Shown here piece after piece: positions 59,753 to 64,000 of a DNA stretch of 64,000 nt. Source of the stretch: Eledone cirrhosa (taxonomy: Eukaryota); the NCBI GenBank assembly GCA_964016885.1, contig OZ024741.1:402690001-402754000 (forward strand), in the 5' to 3' direction. Position 1 is the first letter of the stretch; each line of letters begins with the position of its first letter. The notes below the pieces were generated by a model that was not told where the DNA came from, did no database searches, and saw nothing but the letters and a program-made list of their open reading frames with translations. A program made the position numbers and the translations under genes.

Positions 59753-62700
59753 ATGGCTGTCTTAAGAGTGGGTTGTCTAAATGCGCGTGGCCTGGGCTCA
59801 CCTTGGAAGCAAGCTAAACTTCTAAGTGACCTCAGGTCACAATGTGTAAATGTGATGGTTATTTGCGAGGCCCGGATCAGCAACATGCGACAGCTAACCC
59901 CCACCTTTGATGACTTTGAGATGCACGCATCTCTCTGTCAGCCCGGAGGTGGGGGTGGGGTTGTCGTTCTGCTGCAAAAACATCTGGGTCTCGCTACACA
60001 GACGGTACACTTGGACCCGGAGGGTCGACTCGTGGTTCTGGACCTTGGCAATGGCGAAGGCGAAGCTTTTAGGCTTGTCGCCGTATACGCCCCTTTTGGG
60101 GCAATGCGGTCGGACTTCTTCCATCGTCTGGAGACTTTTCTAGGGACGTCCCGCTCCTTGCTTTTAGTGGGGGACTGGAATGGTATCCTAGATGCACGTT
60201 GGGACTATGTAGGGGCATGTCCCGATAGAGGGGGGTGTAACAGCCTTAAGGGGTTAATCGGCCGATTCGACCTGGCCGATAGATACCGACTAGATTTTCC
60301 GACTGTACCAACCTGGACCTGGTCAAATAACAGTGGTCAATCTAGATCGTACCTAGATAGGTTCTTAGTTAGAATTAAGGATAGGGACTTTTTAAGTTGT
60401 CCAGAAATGCTCATGGTGGGCTATTCAGACCACAAGTAGTCCACCTTGATAGAACGCATAGGCAGGGGCCCGGTTACTGGAAGCTCAACTTGTCCTTACC
60501 GGCAAGTAGAGCTTACAGGGACCGGATTAGAACCTTAGTTAAGGAGCAGTTGACGGGCGCCATCGTCAACAACAGGTGGTGGGGCTCTCTAAAAAGAGAG
60601 ATTAGAGTAGTTTCAATAGGAGTTAGTAAGGAGTTAGCCTCAGATAGAAATAGGAAGGAAAGGGAGTTGGTAGTTAATGTTGAAGAGGCAATGAGAAGCG
60701 GCAACGTGGCCAGAGTGCAAGCGTCGAGAACGGTCTTGAACCAGTTCTTCGACGCGAAACACGAAGGCTGCGTTGTCCGAAGCAAAATACGTGCTCTGGG
60801 AAACGAGGGGACCAAAGCTGTTAGCTGGGCCCGCGTGACAGAAGCGAAAAGTGGGATTAAATCCACTATCCGGTCTTTGCGAGACCAGGATGGACGGCTG
60901 ATCCTTGAACCTAAGCAAATGTGCGAGGCCTTTCAAAGGCACTTTGCCCAATTGTTCGGGAGGGGCGGGGAGCCGGTTGGAGATGTGGATTTCGGTCCAT
61001 ACCTCGACGGCCTGCCGCGTCTTTCGGACAGGGAGGCGAGGTCCTGCGACGGGCCGATCTCAGCTGCTGAAATAGGGGACGTGCTGAGCCTATGCGGCAA
61101 ACGCAAATCTCCAGGACTCGATGGTCTGCCCTACGAACTATATATTAATATGCCGGACTTGTTCCCCGATCTCCTCGAGGCGGTCTACTGCAACTGGCAA
61201 CAGAACGGGAGAATTCCCTGTTCTGTGACCAAGGGCGTAGTCTCGCTAGTGAGGAAGGACGAGAACAAGGGGGATGACATTAGTAATTTTAGGCCCATAA
61301 CTCTGCTAAATGCAGAGTTAAAGATTTTGGCGAAGGTGTTAGCGAAGAGGTTGGCGCTTGTCGTGGGGGGCCTGGTGGGAGATGCGCAGACATGCGCTAT
61401 CCCGTCCAGGTCCATCCACGACAACCTCCACCTCATGCGATACATCATAGAGAGGGTTGGGAACGAACCCGGCTTTGGTGGGGCCCTGATAAATTTAGAT
61501 CAGTCTAAAGCGTTCGATAGGGTGGACCATGGTTACCTGGATGCGGTGCTAGCGGCGGCTGGGTTCGGACCCGTTTTCAGGGGCTGGATCACTGCCATGC
61601 ACAGCAGCCGCATCTGCTCTAGAATCAAGGTGAACGGCTACCTTTCGGAGCCGTTCGAAATCACCCGCTCCATCCGACAGGGGTGCCCTCTCTCCTCCCT
61701 TCTGTATGTATTGACTCTCGAGCCATTACTGCGGAAGTTGGAGTTGTTGCAGGGCATCCCTTTGGAACCGGGATTGCGCAAAGCGGTGTCGGCCTACGCC
61801 GATGACGTAACAGTAATGGTGTCGACCGCCTCGGAAATCGAGGCGATCGGCACCTTACTAGAGGAGTACGAAAGGTTGACAGGGGCTAAGCTGAACCGGG
61901 ACAAGTCAGTCGCTTTGCAACTCGGCGAGTGGAGGGGCAAAGCGATGTCGTGCGACGGTATCGTCGGACGGTGGACGGAGGGCCCGGTGAAGTTGCTTGG
62001 GGTCTGGTTCGGACCGGACCTCCAGGTGGAGAAAAACTGGGGTGAGGTGACGAATAGGGTGTTTGCACTGACCCAGAAGTGGGCCGAGTGCAAACTATCC
62101 CTAAAAGGTCGGGCGGAGGTGGCGAACGCTTACATAGCGTCCGTCATCTATTACCGCTTGACTGTCGTGCCTTGCCCGGGTGAGATCCTCGCCAAAATGG
62201 AGCGCGCCCTCTTTTATTTCCTTTGGAAGAAGAGGTCTCCTCTAGTGAGGAGATCCATCTGCTGTCAACACCCTTTGAAAGGAGGGCTGGGGATGCCGTG
62301 GCTAAAAATGCGTAAACACGCATTGAGGCTAAGGCACCTCCACGTATTCCTCACCGGTCAACCGGTGTGGGCCCCGTTTGTGAGGCGAGCCTTCCCGAGG
62401 CTCGTCTCGCTCACCGAGCTGCAGTCCTGGGTGAAGCAAAGACCGAGAAAACTGGGCGACTGGCACACCGAGTGTGCCCAGGCGCTCACGGCTCTCTGGC
62501 AGGCGGACCCGGCTATCGACGGAGACTCCACCTCGTCATTCTATAGAGGGCTGGTGGTTAGCGGGTGCGACGACGCCCTCGGAGAAGCCCTAGGCATGGA
62601 GGAGGACGAACTGGCCAGTCTATTCGGTAGGACTTTCGGCCCGGGACCTATGGACAACTTCCAGAAGTCCTTGGCCTGGCAGTGCTACCGAGGGGCTCTG

Positions 62701-63177
62701 CCCGTTCGGGATAAGCTCTACAGACACGGGCGCCCGGGTAGGGACCCCTCGAAAAAGATCTGTCCCAGATGCGTGCGCGACGAGGAAACCGTCGCGCACG
62801 CATTGGTGCACTGCCCGGGCGTTGCCGATCTGTGGGGCTATGTTGAACAACTGCTGTCACGGGTGGGACCAATTAGGTTGACCACCGAGTCCATTGTAAC
62901 GATCAAGCCGCCTCCCCCCTTCAAAAATGAAGGAGAGGCGGTCTTCCTCTGTGTAATAGCCATGGTAAAAGAGGCTATATGGTGGACGCGTCTGAAAGGG
63001 CTGAGGTCGGACACCTTTCTCTCCGGCCAACAACTGGTCCTTTTCTTCCGATACCATTTCGGAAGAAGGATCAGGAGGGAGAGAGAGGTGCTCCACTCCA
63101 GCCAGTTTTATGAAAGGTGGGTGAAAGTTGCGAGAATGGCCCGTGTGAATGGGCCTTCTCTCTACCTCAGCCTGTAG
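59753..63177 (+). pseudogene. ORF2 of copy 3, frameshifted just after the endonuclease SDH motif
   Basis: CACAAG-TTAGTGACCTGCG-TAGTCC reduced to CACAAGTAGTCC; split into 237-aa and 926-aa ORFs. Confidence 0.9.
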
Positions 63178-63418
63178 GTGGAACAGAAAGAAGGGAGCAC
63201 CCTCTCTTTGTGCTCCCGTGGAGAAGGGTCGCACACTTTTTTTCGGGGGTGTGTGTGACCCCAAAACGATCCCTCCCTATTGAGGACCTTCTTGTTATTA
63301 TTTTGTTTGTTATATTTTTCTTACTCGATTTTTATGTAAACTCCCCCCACCCATGTACATGTCCCTTTCTTTTGTGCCCTAGTGGCAAATAAACAGAAAT
63401 TTATCTGTCTCTCTGTCT

Positions 63419-64000
63419 GAGGATAGTAGACGTGTGTCATATCGCTCTGTGATTTGGATTTTTACCTGCTAATTTTGTGAGTGGATTTTTTTGAATTATT
63501 TTGTATAATTAACTGTAACCCCTAGTCTGGGACTCTAGACGTCGGGTAAATATATTTTCACCCCTTTTGGGGTGAAAAATAAATATTTGAGAAATGTTCA
63601 TCGATATCGTTGATAACGATATCGTCGAAAACGATATCGCCATATTGGAAGCGAACGCCACGCCGACCAAAAAAACAAGCGGGAAAGAGGGAACAACAGT
63701 TCAAACTGTTGAACAACCCCTCCTCTCCAATGAAAAAAAGAATTTCAATTCAAATGAAAAAATTAATTTTCAAGAAAAAAATAACACCACAAATAAGGAA
63801 ACCAACAACATTACAACAACAAACAAAGACAAAATTTCTTTTGCCCAAACACTCAAGAGAGCCACGGAGTACAAAGCCATTGACATCACGAACGCCAAGG
63901 AAAATTTGCTAGAGGCTAGAAAATACGTATCTTTTGGGGAGGATGGTTCTTTTACGATCAACTCCCCAGAAGAAGTGCGTCAACAGATTTACAAGAATAC
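63419..64000 (+). mobile_element. Tx1/L1-group element, copy 4 (5' UTR and ORF1 start at 63594; runs off the window)
   Basis: Same 5' end; lacks the 16-bp deletion; private variants TTC for TTT (codon 2) and CAA for GAA near 63981. Confidence 0.9.

Larger units (their letters stand above)
57819..63402 (+). mobile_element. Tx1/L1-group element, copy 3 (full-length, both ORFs frameshifted)
   Basis: 16-bp deletion at about 58190, 9-bp shorter poly-Pro tract, 13-bp deletion at about 60436, plus scattered substitutions. Confidence 0.93.

Noticed and set aside
46502-63961. Many overlapping and antisense ORFs within the retrotransposon copies
   Set aside because: Shadow frames of ORF1/ORF2 caused by compositional bias; recurrence only reflects copy identity.

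Overview
Repeat-dominated eukaryotic DNA. The SINE/RTE types and dense (TA)n/(CAT)n microsatellites suggest an octopus or other cephalopod (inference, not verified). The window has four zones. (1) 1-15 kb is a nest of short mobile elements: several non-coding Penelope-like/retrozyme-like modules carrying type I hammerhead ribozyme motifs, mostly next to (TA)n tracts and often with inverted or circularly permuted copies; a 2.8-kb non-autonomous LTR element (585-bp LTRs, GAAG TSD, tRNA-Trp-like PBS); RTE LINE fragments, one containing a 28-bp minisatellite grown from its own ORF; tRNA-derived SINEs; and a TTAA/CCCTTT MITE. (2) 15.07-42.91 kb is a 27.8-kb array of a 47-bp satellite that has expanded inside a single SINE copy, with SINE 5' sequence on the left and SINE tail on the right. 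(3) 43-46.3 kb holds SINEs, a 60-bp minisatellite and possible small host exons. (4) 46.3-64 kb is a head-to-tail array of at least four Tx1/L1-group non-LTR retrotransposons (ORF1 with CCHC knuckle; ORF2 with APE-RT-zinc finger), all starting after the same TCTGTCTCTCTGTCT sequence: two intact and apparently identical copies, one frameshifted divergent copy, and one truncated by the window end. No complete host gene is visible. All folds and counts were done by eye.
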